Positions 33,750 through 43,451 of a DNA stretch of 64,000 bases are shown one piece after another. The stretch lies in NCBI GenBank assembly GCA_045544955.1, contig JAZPZY010000065.1:67-64066 (forward strand), given 5' to 3'. Source of the stretch: Eubacteriales bacterium (GTDB taxonomy: Bacteria > Bacillota > Clostridia > Oscillospirales > CAG-272). The stretch's first letter is position 1, and the number at the start of each line of letters is the position of its first letter. The position numbers and the translations under genes were made by a program. The notes under the pieces were generated by a model, which was not told the DNA's origin, did no database searches, and was given only the letters and a program-made list of their open reading frames with translations.

Positions 33750-36700
33750 TCAGTACAGAGTAACCACGACGGGCGTATAAGAAGTCTGGCTTGACTTCTT
33801 TACCATGATCCACATGTACTTATAGGAGGAATTTACCGTAATCGACTGGGGCATACCTGCCGTCACGGAGGTCAAAAGGTTTCCGTTCTGGGAATTGAGG
33901 TAGCCGCCAAGGAAGCTTGCTTCCGATGTGTACGCAGTGGTAGAGGTGGTAAAGAAATAGTACACGGAGCCGGAAACGCTGGGGTTAATAATTACTGATT
34001 TCGTACCGGACAGCGTGGTATTTACCGTAGGCGTATTCATCAGACCGGTGTTGGCAGGAGCAGGGGTCGGGTTCACGGGCGTAGCTCCGGTTGTGATACC
34101 CTTGGTAGGAACGAAAATGATATCCGTCTTCGTCACACCGTTATCGATCCAGACAGCCACATAATCGTAGGTAAGCAGCATCTGTGCGTAGTACGAATCG
34201 GAGGGCAGGAGATTCAGCGTCTTCGGTCCCACGGAAGTGATAAGCGAATTACCGCTGATCATCGACATCAGAGCAGTCAGACCGCCCTGCAGGCCGGGAA
34301 GCTCCGAATAGAAGTCCGATGCGTTGTTAGCCTCCGTAAAGCAGTAGTACAGCGTACCGGTCATGGTGGGATAGTAGCTCAGAACGCCGTTGGAGAACGT
34401 AGGCGTGCTGTAGAAGCCGGACGAGCTGACAGAGGGAGAACTGGTCCCGCTTGTGGAAAGGATAATGGGCGTACAGAAGGTGCTCTGGGTTCCTATCGTC
34501 TGCTGGAACATCAGCACGATATAGCTGTAGCCGTATCCGGACAACGACTTCGAACCGGCACCGGCAGCGCTGACGGAGAAGATACCGCTTGCGCCGGAAG
34601 ATGCTATATGAGCCGTAAAGAACGCTTCCGACGTAGTGGGAGCTGCCGACGTATTGGTGAAGTAATAATACACCTGACCGGCGGACAGTGCGTTATAAGT
34701 AAGGTTCGTATAAGCGCCTACCGTCTGGGCCGTGGGCAGGGAGGCAAAGCCGGAGGCAGTTGCATTCACCGTGCCGGACGAGGTACCGCTATTGGTAGTG
34801 GACAGCAGCACGGGCTGGTAATACAGGCCGTTGGAGTCCTCCAGCATGACTACCACGTATGCCGGATAGTACACAAGCGTTGAGAAGCTCTTCTTAGCTA
34901 CCAGGTTGGCAATTACGCTTACCGTTCCGCCGTAATCGCTGTTATGTTCTTTCTCAATCGTTGCCAGTCTCACCAGTTCTTCGGGCGTAGGAATCTCCGG
35001 CTCATTGATGAAGTAATACCAAACCCGACCCGTTGCAGACGGAGTCATGGTGAGAGAATACATCTTCTGCTCTTTCGTATATACCGGGTTTCTGACAAAT
35101 CCGGTAGTGGTTGCCACAGCCGCATCCTTCGTTGCACCGGTAAGCGGAATAACGATCGGTTTCAGGGAGGAGCCGACGGACTCAATCATCAGAACGAGAT
35201 ACGGGAACTGACGTCCAACCTCGTTGCTGATAGGCGTAGCGATCAGCTGTTTACCAACGGTAATATTCGCTACACCGCCGTTGGGAACGGACAGCTGCTT
35301 GGAAGTAGCACCCTCGTAGTTCACCTTAAAGATATTTGCATTGGCAGGTGCTCTCTCGTTGTCCGTCAGGTAGTAATACACACGACCAACGTAGGAGGCC
35401 TGCATATTGATGGAGAAGAAGCCGGAATTCACTTCCGTGACAGGCATTGACGCAAAGCCGGAACCGTTCAGCGTCGTCGAAGCGGTATCCGGAAGCGTAA
35501 CCACTACCGGCTGATAAGCCGTGCCGCTGTTGGCCTTGAGGCGAACAACCAGATACGGCAGTGACTTGGCAGGAACCTGATGCGTAAGCGGCTGATGGTA
35601 AGCCACTCCGTTAGATACGGAGACGGAACCGGCCAGGACTTCGTTCATATCCCCGTATGCAGACTCAAACTGTTCTGCGGTGGGTACTGTGGATGTGTTG
35701 GTGTAGTAATACTCAACCGTGCCGCTTGCGCCGGGGGTAAGACCGAGCATGATCTGACCGGTGGCAGCAGCGTCACTGTACGGAGCCGCGATAAATCCAC
35801 TGCCCACGAGCACGGCGCCTGCGCCGTCCTTGGCGAAGACAACGGGCTGATACTGATTGCCGGAGGTATCCGTCATCAGTACGGCAATGTACTTGTAGTC
35901 GGCAACCAGGTTCGTGAGGAACGTATTCTCGATCACCACGCGGCCGGCAGCAGCCTCAAACATGCCCTTGCGAAGCGTGGAGGTCTGGTTATAAACGGAA
36001 GTAAATCCGGTGGCAGTGGGAGCCGTTTCCGTATTGGTGTAGTAGTAGTACAGCGTACCGTTTACAACCGGCTTGAAGGACATCTGCTCGTAGGTACCGG
36101 TAGTGGTTACGGAAGGAACGCCCTCCAGACCGCTGGATGCCTTATTGGCAAGCACGATCGGCTGATACTTCGTTCCCTGTGCATTCTGTATCATGACTAC
36201 CACGTACGCATAATTGGATACGTTGACAGTATCGCTGATCTTCTGCTCAATGCTGGCACCGGCAGTCACGGCGAGATACGATTTCACGGGAGCTGCTGTA
36301 TAATAGTCGGTATACGTGGTAGGAAGCGGTGCCGCAGCCGTATTGGTGAAGTAGTAATACAGCGTGCCGCCTACACTGGGTTTTGCGGACAGATAGCAGG
36401 CAGCAGAGGATGCGTACGTAGAAGGAACCGCAGAGAATCCGGTTGCCGTCATATCGGCACTGGAACCGCTGTAAGAGGTGTTATTGAACTTTGCCGTAAT
36501 ACCGCTCTGTACGGTATATTTGGAAGGCATCGGATCCGAAGTAAAGCCGGTTGCCTTTACCGTTGCGTTGCCGAGAGTACCGGCACCGGTAACGGTAGAG
36601 TTTTTCGCCGTGCTTTCCACGTTCAGATTCTTCAGGGAAGTATTGGTAACCGTAGCAACACCAACGGGCGTCTTAGCCGTCAGGGTATCTACGCTCGTAC

Positions 36701-37583
36701 CGCTGGTCAGAGAAACGGAAGCGGTATATCCGGTAACGGAAGAATCCACCACGATCTCATCCACAGCACTGCCGGAGATGATCAGCGTAGAAGTACCGCG
36801 CAGAATGATCTTCTCCACGTCACATCCGCTCAGCGTGACCGTACCGCCGGATGCGCCTTCGGTGATCAGCAGTTCACCTTTGATATTCGCACCGGTGACC
36901 GTAACACCGGAGCTGGCGATAACGGCGTTCTCGCCGTGAGCGGCGGCTTCCGTGCCGGCCATGCTCGTCTTATAGATCGTACCGGCGGCACGGTACAGAA
37001 TAGCGGCCGCCTCGCAGCGCTTCAGAATACGGTCCGGGCTGAAATTGCCGGTTTCGGCGTCACCGCCGAAAAGGCCGGCGTGGGTAGCCTGCAGGACGTA
37101 GTCCCGATAGTTTGCGTTAATGGTATTGTAGTCCGGATAGGTAGTAACAGCCACCTTCTCTTCCAGGCCCAGATAGCGGGCAAGAAGGGCAGCCGCCTCC
37201 TGACGGGTCAGCTGGCCGTTAGGATCCAGATAAGAACCGTAGTTCAAAAGGAATCCCTGTGCGGCGGCTTTGGCAATATAAGGATAGTGCCAGTCAGTCG
37301 CAGCCACATCTGCGTAGCTGATGCTGGTAGATGCAGTAAGACCGAATGTCTCCACCATCATCTTGATGAACTGGGAACGGGTAACAGACCATTCGGGATG
37401 GAAGGAGTTGTCCTCAGCGTAACCGTTGAGAACTCCTTTGGCAACCAGATAGTCGATCTCTTTTTTTGCCCACGCCGCATGACTGGGCCAGTTGGCTTCA
37501 TCACTGAACGCAGCGAAAGCCATCATGGGCAGACAAGAAAAGGCGAGCATAAGGGAAAGCAGAAGGGCTATTGCTCTTTTCAT
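33750..37583 (-). CDS. Large secreted SLH-domain cell-surface protein (1277 aa)
   Basis: The ATG at 37583 follows GGAGA. Signal peptide MKRAIALLLSLMLAFSCLPMMAFA, three SLH repeats (track aa ~61-235), a Gly/Thr/Val-rich beta-strand region, then eight ~105-120-aa modules. Confidence 0.85.
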   Translation of the reverse strand: MKRAIALLLSLMLAFSCLPMMAFAAFSDEANWPSHAAWAKKEIDYLVAKGVLNGYAEDNSFHPEWSVTRSQFIKMMVETFGLTASTSISYADVAATDWHYPYIAKAAAQGFLLNYGSYLDPNGQLTRQEAAALLARYLGLEEKVAVTTYPDYNTINANYRDYVLQATHAGLFGGDAETGNFSPDRILKRCEAAAILYRAAGTIYKTSMAGTEAAAHGENAVIASSGVTVTGANIKGELLITEGASGGTVTLSGCDVEKIILRGTSTLIISGSAVDEIVVDSSVTGYTASVSLTSGTSVDTLTAKTPVGVATVTNTSLKNLNVESTAKNSTVTGAGTLGNATVKATGFTSDPMPSKYTVQSGITAKFNNTSYSGSSADMTATGFSAVPSTYASSAACYLSAKPSVGGTLYYYFTNTAAAPLPTTYTDYYTAAPVKSYLAVTAGASIEQKISDTVNVSNYAYVVVMIQNAQGTKYQPIVLANKASSGLEGVPSVTTTGTYEQMSFKPVVNGTLYYYYTNTETAPTATGFTSVYNQTSTLRKGMFEAAAGRVVIENTFLTNLVADYKYIAVLMTDTSGNQYQPVVFAKDGAGAVLVGSGFIAAPYSDAAATGQIMLGLTPGASGTVEYYYTNTSTVPTAEQFESAYGDMNEVLAGSVSVSNGVAYHQPLTHQVPAKSLPYLVVRLKANSGTAYQPVVVTLPDTASTTLNGSGFASMPVTEVNSGFFSINMQASYVGRVYYYLTDNERAPANANIFKVNYEGATSKQLSVPNGGVANITVGKQLIATPISNEVGRQFPYLVLMIESVGSSLKPIVIPLTGATKDAAVATTTGFVRNPVYTKEQKMYSLTMTPSATGRVWYYFINEPEIPTPEELVRLATIEKEHNSDYGGTVSVIANLVAKKSFSTLVYYPAYVVVMLEDSNGLYYQPVLLSTTNSGTSSGTVNATASGFASLPTAQTVGAYTNLTYNALSAGQVYYYFTNTSAAPTTSEAFFTAHIASSGASGIFSVSAAGAGSKSLSGYGYSYIVLMFQQTIGTQSTFCTPIILSTSGTSSPSVSSSGFYSTPTFSNGVLSYYPTMTGTLYYCFTEANNASDFYSELPGLQGGLTALMSMISGNSLITSVGPKTLNLLPSDSYYAQMLLTYDYVAVWIDNGVTKTDIIFVPTKGITTGATPVNPTPAPANTGLMNTPTVNTTLSGTKSVIINPSVSGSVYYFFTTSTTAYTSEASFLGGYLNSQNGNLLTSVTAGMPQSITVNSSYKYMWIMVKKSSQTSYTPVVVTLY
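33753..36446 (-). repeat. Eight divergent protein-level tandem modules within the SLH protein
   Basis: Each module has G-x-[LV]-[YW]-Y-[YFC]-[FYL]-T near its start (GTLYYYFTN, GTLYYYYTN, GTVEYYYTN, GRVYYYLTD, GRVWYYFIN, GQVYYYFTN, GTLYYCFTE, GSVYYFFTT). Near its end each has an aromatic-hydrophobic strand plus Y-Q/T-P-[VI]-[VL]. There is no DNA-level identity. Confidence 0.8.
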
Positions 37584-37670
37584 CTCTTTTATTCTCCGTT
37601 TCAATAAAAATCTGTTTCGTGCACCGCACGCGCCGTCGGTTTTTAGACACGCGCGGAATATCCTCCTTAT

Positions 37671-37698
37671 AGTATACCGCATTTGTAAAATATGTCAA
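37671..37698 (-). promoter_or_regulatory. Sigma-A type promoter of the SLH protein gene
   Basis: Minus strand reads TTGACA-N16-TATACT, leaving a leader of roughly 80 nt. Confidence 0.5.
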
Positions 37699-37773
37699 CG
37701 GTAAATGAGGATTTTTTTGTTACTTTTTTCTTAAAAATGCCGATTTGTGCAAAATGTTTACAAATTTAGCCGA

Positions 37774-38334
37774 TTATTGGCCGCTATACTGTGCTATGTA
37801 TGACGCAATGTTTTTCATATCCCGATACATATCTTCTTTCTTCGCCGGATCACGGAGAAGGGCTGCGGGATGATATACCGCCGTCATGGTATATCCGTTT
37901 TTCTGTACGAACGTACCGTGCTCTTTTGTAATGCGATAATCCGGCTTTATCAGCCGCATGGCGGAAATACGTCCGAGACAAACGATGATCTTCGGCTGGA
38001 TCAGCCGCACTTGCTCTCTGAGATATTCGATACACGCATCCTGTTCCTCAGGCAAAGGATCCCGGTTATCGGGCGGGCGGCATTTCAGAATATTGGCAAT
38101 ATAAACCTGGCTACGCTCGATTCCCACCGCTTCCAGATACTTATCCAGCAATTTTCCTGCCGCACCTACGAAGGGAATACCGGATTCATCCTCTTTGGCG
38201 CCGGGGGCTTCTCCCACAAACATGAGATCCGCCGTGGGCGAGCCGGTACCGAACACACAATTCTTCCGGGAAGCCGAAAGGGAGCAGCGGGTACAAGCCT
38301 CGCATTTCTGCCGGAGCTCGTCAAGGCTCTGCAT
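37774..38334 (-). CDS. Uracil-DNA glycosylase, family 4 (Fe-S type)
   Basis: 186 aa. Sequence CEACTRCSL...VFGTGSPTADLMFVGEAPGAKED...GIPFVGAAGKLL...KCRPP...HPAALLR. Confidence 0.9.
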   Translation of the reverse strand: MQSLDELRQKCEACTRCSLSASRKNCVFGTGSPTADLMFVGEAPGAKEDESGIPFVGAAGKLLDKYLEAVGIERSQVYIANILKCRPPDNRDPLPEEQDACIEYLREQVRLIQPKIIVCLGRISAMRLIKPDYRITKEHGTFVQKNGYTMTAVYHPAALLRDPAKKEDMYRDMKNIASYIAQYSGQ

Positions 38335-38470
38335 AGATTCACCTCATTTCCATTGGCTGTTCTGCACTTTATCTATATTATACTATATTTCGGCAGAAAA
38401 GGAAAGAGCAGATTGCAAATTTCCAAAAGCAAATTGTGGGCATAAAAGCAGTGTTTGGTATGGAAGGCAG

Positions 38471-38734
38471 TTACTGTTTTTCCTGCTGTTTTTCAAGTTC
38501 ACATTCCAAATACAGGATCACCGTACTCATTTTGATATTAAGAGCCGTACATATACGGTAAAACGTTTCCAAGGTAGGCTTCCGTTCTCCTCGCTCAATT
38601 GCACTTAAATGACTGCGTCCAATATCGGCAAGACCACTCAAAACTTCTTGGGATAATCCACTTTTCTGTCGGAAATAGGCCAAAGTCTTCCCTACCGTTG
38701 CTGCATCCAATGTCGGAATATACATATCTCTCAC
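38471..38734 (-). CDS. XRE family HTH regulator (87 aa)
   Basis: HTH_3 pattern LAYFRQKSGLSQEVLSGLADIGRSHLSAIERGERKPTLETFYRICTAL. Low GC, and divergent from the TM2 gene. Confidence 0.8.
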   Translation of the reverse strand: MRDMYIPTLDAATVGKTLAYFRQKSGLSQEVLSGLADIGRSHLSAIERGERKPTLETFYRICTALNIKMSTVILYLECELEKQQEKQ

Positions 38735-38840
38735 CTCTATGTATATTCTATTCCTATATCAAGCAATCATCGAACACATATGTTGACAAATGAACACTTA
38801 TGTGTTAAAATAGTATTAACTCAAATAAAGGAGATTTTTT

Positions 38841-39251
38841 ATGGAACCACAAACAACGCAAACAGCACACGCAGAAACTGAAAACACAAAAACAAAATTC
38901 TGCAAACATTGTGGCGCAAAAATTGCTGCGGATGCGGTAATTTGCACGGTGTGCGGGCGGCAAGTAGAAGAAATTAAATCCTCCGCCGAGCAACCGTCTA
39001 TCGTCATCAACAATTCCAACAGCAACATAAACTCCAACACTGCTTCTATTGGGGTACACGGCGGACGCGCAAAAAACAAATGGGTTGCTTTACTGCTATG
39101 CCTATTTCTCGGCTGCTTAGGCGCACATAAATTCTATGAAGGACGTGTTGGCGCAGGCATTCTGTATTTGCTCACAGGCGGTTTGTTCTTAATTGGTGTT
39201 GCAATTGATTTCATTGCATTGCTTTTCAAACCGAATCCATACTTCGTCTGA
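38841..39251 (+). CDS. Zinc-ribbon plus TM2-domain membrane protein
   Basis: 136 aa. N-terminal CxxC-x12-CxxC (FCKHCGAKIAADAVICTVCG), an Asn/Ser-rich linker, and a C-terminal TM2-type double helix (ALLLCLFLGCLGAHKFYEGRVGAGILYLLTGGLFLIGVAIDFI). Confidence 0.8.
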   Translation: MEPQTTQTAHAETENTKTKFCKHCGAKIAADAVICTVCGRQVEEIKSSAEQPSIVINNSNSNINSNTASIGVHGGRAKNKWVALLLCLFLGCLGAHKFYEGRVGAGILYLLTGGLFLIGVAIDFIALLFKPNPYFV

Positions 39252-39277
39252 TTGCCCATTTTTCATTGGTTCTAAAA

Positions 39278-39307
39278 AGCCATCGGTACAAAACCGGTGG
39301 CTTTTTC
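39278..39307. terminator. Bidirectional terminator between the TM2 gene and gatB
   Basis: agccatcggt-acaaa-accggtggct with A-run and T-run flanks. Confidence 0.7.
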
Positions 39308-39309
39308 TA

Positions 39310-40725
39310 TTACATTCCCTCAATCTGCCGATCGATCTCCCGAAGCACAGCGGCGGCATCGGCGCGGCCGCGGCTTTCCTTCATAACCGCACCCACCAGC
39401 ACCTGCTTTGCCTTTTCCTTACCGGCACGGATCTGCGATACAACGGATTCGTTTTTCTCCATGGCATTCCGCACGAAGGATGCAATCACGGAAGGATCGA
39501 TAATTGCCAGCATATTCTCCCGCTGGGCAACGGCGGAAGGCTCCTCACCGTTTTCGCAGAGAGCACAAAGCCTCCGCGCCGAAGCGGCGCTGATCTTCTT
39601 TTCACCCAGAAGATCGGCGATCTGCCCGAGGGAGTGCGCCGGCAGGGTAGGCTGTTCCGCGCAGCGGGGCAAAATCTCTCCAATAAGCAGATTGGCGGCG
39701 GCGGCAGGATACGCCGCCGTCCCCAATACTTCCCCAAAATACGAGGCAATGACGGGCGATTCCGTCAGCTGAAAGGCCGCATCCGCCGAAAGGCCGGCCG
39801 CGATAAAGCGGGCACGCATCTCTGCCGGCATAGGCGGCAGAGATCGGCGGATCGCCTCGATCTCTTCGTCTGCCAGCACAATTTCCGGCAGATCCGGCTC
39901 TCTGAGATAGCGGTAATCTGCGGCGCTTTCCTTTTCCCGCATGAGAACGGTAGTACCGCTTGCCTCGTCATACCGGCGCGTCTGAGGCGTTACCCGGTCT
40001 CCCGCCGCAAGGATCGCGCACTGCCGGGCAAATTCGTATTCGATGGCTTTGCCGACAAACGCGATGGAGTTTACGTTTTTGATCTCCGTCCGCGTACCGA
40101 ACGACGTATCACCAACCCGGCGGACGGACAGATTTACGTCGCACCGCATGGAGCCCTCGTTCATTTTGCAGTCGGAAATCCCGGCAAACACCAGCCGTTC
40201 CCTAAGGGCACGCAGATAGGCTTTTGCCTCCTCTGCCGAACGGATATCCGGCTCGGATACGATCTCAATGAGCGGCACGCCGCACCGGTTGTAATCGATC
40301 TTCGTACCGTTTTCCCCGTGGATCAGTTTTCCCGCGTCTTCTTCCAGATGGATCCGGTTAATACGGATCTGCCTGTCTCCGTCCTCCGTCACCGCGTCGA
40401 TCCGACCGTCCCGGCACAGGGGCGTATCGTACTGGGTGATCTGATATCCTTTGGGCAGATCGGGATAAAAGTAGTTTTTTCTGTCAAAATGAGACTTTGG
40501 GGAAATGCGGCAATCCGTTACCAGACCGGCGGCGATGGCAAGGCGCACGGCTTGTTCGTTCAGCACCGGCAACGTGCCGGGATGTCCCATACAAACGGGA
40601 CAGATCTGCGTATTGGGTAGGGCGCCGTACGCGCCGCGGCAAGCGCAGAAGATCTTGCTCTCCGTCCGCAGCTCTGCGTGCACCTCCAGCCCTACGATCA
40701 TTTCAAATTTCTGCACGTCAGTCAT
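39310..40725 (-). CDS. gatB: Asp/Glu-tRNA amidotransferase subunit B
   Basis: 471 aa with the typical N-terminus FEMIVGLEVHAEL...SKIFC. It is the last gene of gatCAB and overlaps gatA by 8 nt. Confidence 0.95.
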   Translation of the reverse strand: MTDVQKFEMIVGLEVHAELRTESKIFCACRGAYGALPNTQICPVCMGHPGTLPVLNEQAVRLAIAAGLVTDCRISPKSHFDRKNYFYPDLPKGYQITQYDTPLCRDGRIDAVTEDGDRQIRINRIHLEEDAGKLIHGENGTKIDYNRCGVPLIEIVSEPDIRSAEEAKAYLRALRERLVFAGISDCKMNEGSMRCDVNLSVRRVGDTSFGTRTEIKNVNSIAFVGKAIEYEFARQCAILAAGDRVTPQTRRYDEASGTTVLMREKESAADYRYLREPDLPEIVLADEEIEAIRRSLPPMPAEMRARFIAAGLSADAAFQLTESPVIASYFGEVLGTAAYPAAAANLLIGEILPRCAEQPTLPAHSLGQIADLLGEKKISAASARRLCALCENGEEPSAVAQRENMLAIIDPSVIASFVRNAMEKNESVVSQIRAGKEKAKQVLVGAVMKESRGRADAAAVLREIDRQIEGM

Positions 40726-42130
40726 GGATCATCGCCTCCTCCAGCACCGATGCGGCAGCAAACAAAAGATCCTCCCGCATAGCCGGTGCGATGATCTGCA
40801 TCCCCACGGGCAATCCGGATGCCTGCCCGAAGGGCACGCTGATGGCAGGCACGCCGGTGAGAGAGGCCAGCGTACAGAAGGAATCCACCTGTCGGTACGG
40901 AAGCGCATTTCCGTCTTTTTCTCCCAAAGGGTACGCCGTGTCCGGCGTGGTTGGCAGAAGGATCACGTCCACCTTTTGAAACAGCACCTTCAGCACCCGG
41001 CGCATCTGCTCCCGTAAAGCGCAGGCACGCTCGTAGTAATCCTTCCGTCCCTCCAGGGAAAGAGCGTACGTGCCGGACAGAAGCCGGCGCTTTACCTCGT
41101 CCCCCAGCCGTTCCCTTGCCAGGCGCATTTCCTCTTTGTACGACGCACCATCCCCGGCACGACCGTAACGGATCCCGTCGTAGCGAGCCAGATTGGAGGA
41201 CGCCTCCGCAGCAGAAATCAGATAATAAACGTGATACGCATCCGCAAGAGACGGCAGAGAGATCTCCGTGAGCATCCCGCCCGCATCGGATACGGCAGCG
41301 GCGGCTTTTTCATAATACGCCGCCACGGCCGGCGAAACGCCGGAAAGCGCCGCAGGGATCCCCACACGCAAACCGGCAGTGCCCTGCTTTATCGCTCCCC
41401 CAAAATCCGCAAGAGAATCTTCCCGGGGGAGACTCGTCATATCACCCCCATCCAGTGCGGCAGCAGCATCCAGCACGATAGCCGCATCCCGTACCGTTTT
41501 TGTGATTACGCCCACCGTATCGAGCGACGATGCAAAGGCGATAAGACCCCGTCGGGAAATTCGGCCGTACGTAGGCTTCAGTCCTACCACGCCGCAAAAA
41601 GCGGCCGGCACGCGGACGCTTCCGCCGGTATCCGATCCCAGCGCAAACATAGCCTGTCCGTCCGCCACCGCCGCCGCACTGCCGGCAGAACTGCCGCCGG
41701 CCACGCGCGATAGATCATGGGGATTCTTTACCGCACCGAAAGCGGACGTTTCGCCGCCGGCACCCATGGCAAATTCGTCCAAATTGGATTTTCCCATAAG
41801 AAGCGCGCCCACTGCCTCCAGTCGTTCCCAAACGAACGCGGAATAGGAAGGAACGTATCCTTCCAGTATGCGTGACGCCGCCGTAGCCGGGATCCCTGCA
41901 ACGGAAAGATTATCCTTCACTGCACAGGGAATACCGCAAAGCATGGGTGCATCTCCCCTGCGGATCCGCGCATCCGCCCGTTTTGCGCCCTCAAGCGCTA
42001 CCTCTTCCGTAACGGTAATGAATGCGTTCGTCTCCTCCGCCCTTTCCCGGATCCGCGAAAGCATGGCTCGGGCAAGTTCAGCAGCCGTGATCTCGCCCCG
42101 GCGGAGGCTTTCAGCCGTTTTCGTTATCAT
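40718..42130 (-). CDS. gatA: Asp/Glu-tRNA amidotransferase subunit A
   Basis: 470 aa. Amidase signature (GGSSAGSAAAVA, GSDTGGSVRVPAAFCG). Confidence 0.95.
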   Translation of the reverse strand: MITKTAESLRRGEITAAELARAMLSRIRERAEETNAFITVTEEVALEGAKRADARIRRGDAPMLCGIPCAVKDNLSVAGIPATAASRILEGYVPSYSAFVWERLEAVGALLMGKSNLDEFAMGAGGETSAFGAVKNPHDLSRVAGGSSAGSAAAVADGQAMFALGSDTGGSVRVPAAFCGVVGLKPTYGRISRRGLIAFASSLDTVGVITKTVRDAAIVLDAAAALDGGDMTSLPREDSLADFGGAIKQGTAGLRVGIPAALSGVSPAVAAYYEKAAAAVSDAGGMLTEISLPSLADAYHVYYLISAAEASSNLARYDGIRYGRAGDGASYKEEMRLARERLGDEVKRRLLSGTYALSLEGRKDYYERACALREQMRRVLKVLFQKVDVILLPTTPDTAYPLGEKDGNALPYRQVDSFCTLASLTGVPAISVPFGQASGLPVGMQIIAPAMREDLLFAAASVLEEAMIHD

Positions 42131-42405
42131 ACTGCGCCTCCCACCGTGCGGGAAACCACGATATATCCGTCCTTTTCTTTTTCAGACAGCGACAGAATCG
42201 CCGGCGCATCCGATGATTCTGTCACACCGTCCGAGCGGAGCGCATCGAGAGGCACCGACCGATTGGCACTTTCCGTCCCATCCGCATGCGGCATACTTTC
42301 CCCGGCGGACAGAATTTCTTTCATATCTTCCTTCAGGCGGATCTTCTGCGTCTCCGTCAGCGACAGCATAGCAAGGTCGGCGATCTTCAGAACGTCCGGC
42401 ATCAT
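42127..42405 (-). CDS. gatC: Asp/Glu-tRNA amidotransferase subunit C
   Basis: 92 aa, in the position upstream of gatA with a 4-nt overlap. N-terminus (IADLAMLSLTETQ) is GatC-like. Confidence 0.85.
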   Translation of the reverse strand: MMPDVLKIADLAMLSLTETQKIRLKEDMKEILSAGESMPHADGTESANRSVPLDALRSDGVTESSDAPAILSLSEKEKDGYIVVSRTVGGAV

Positions 42406-43244
42406 CCTATCTCCCGCACCGATTTGAGAAGGGCGATCTCCGCCTTATACCCGTCCAGATCGCAGGGCGTTTCCAAATAGAATGGCTTATCCGCAAGGGC
42501 CGGATGATTGATGATCCGGCAGATACCGTCCATGGCAAGCGTGCCCTCCCCGATCTTCTCGTGGCGATCCTTATGGGCACCCAGAGGATTTTTGCTGTCG
42601 TTCAGATGGATGGCGTACAGTTTACCGAGCCCGATCACCCGATCAAATTCCGCTATCACGCCGTCCGTATCCCCGGCAATATCGTATCCGCCGTCGTTTA
42701 CGTGGCAGGTATCGAGGCACACGCCCACCTTATCCCGGATCTCCGGGCGGAGCAGATCCAAAATAGCACGAAGTTCCTCAAAGCGGCCGCCGATCTCCGT
42801 TCCCTTTCCGGCCATAGTCTCCAAAAGCACCGTGGTGGCCTGCCCGGGCAGAACGATGGCGTTGAGCATATCGGCAATCATCACAATGCCTGCCTCCGTG
42901 CCCTGCCCTACGTGGCATCCCGGATGGAAATTATACAGCGATCCCGGCAGATTTTCCAAAAAACGCAACTCATCCGCCATGGCCTCTTTCGTATATTCCC
43001 GGATGTGGGGATCCTTAGCACAGGGATTGTAGGTGTAGGGCGCATGTGCAAGGGCAGGTGCAAAACCGTTTTCCTCCATCAGCCTGCGGAGTGCCTGTAT
43101 ATCCTCGGGCGAGGGCGTTTTCGATTTACTTCCCCGGGGATTTCGCGTGAAATACTGAAACGTATTGGCACCGGCGTACAAAGCGTCCTTACCCATGGCC
43201 TCGTAGCCTCCTGCAATGGAAATGTGACAGCCGATCGTAAACAT
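42402..43244 (-). CDS. nfo: Deoxyribonuclease IV (endonuclease IV)
   Basis: The ATG at 43244 follows AAGGA-N7. Sequence FTIGCHISIAGGY...HAPYTYN...ETMAGKGTE...DTCH...IHLNDSK. It overlaps gatC by 4 nt. Confidence 0.9.
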   Translation of the reverse strand: MFTIGCHISIAGGYEAMGKDALYAGANTFQYFTRNPRGSKSKTPSPEDIQALRRLMEENGFAPALAHAPYTYNPCAKDPHIREYTKEAMADELRFLENLPGSLYNFHPGCHVGQGTEAGIVMIADMLNAIVLPGQATTVLLETMAGKGTEIGGRFEELRAILDLLRPEIRDKVGVCLDTCHVNDGGYDIAGDTDGVIAEFDRVIGLGKLYAIHLNDSKNPLGAHKDRHEKIGEGTLAMDGICRIINHPALADKPFYLETPCDLDGYKAEIALLKSVREIG

Positions 43245-43451
43245 AGTACATCCTTTCCCGCACCGAGCGTGCGGCTGCATTTATATCTATAGTAATATTG
43301 TAACAATTTATTGAATCGATGTCAAGGCGGAGCGCCTTTCAAAAATACTTTTATCCCCTAACTAAGATTCACACAAAAATCAAAATTGCATAACGCACCA
43401 ATCACAGAAAAACGGTATAATACGTTCACATTCTGAAAAGGAGATTCCTCT

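Noticed and set aside
35580-37607. 675-aa + strand ORF, plus 34608-35450 neighbours
   Set aside because: It is antisense to the SLH protein gene. The sequence is Gly/Arg-rich and repetitive, mirroring the sense-strand repeats.
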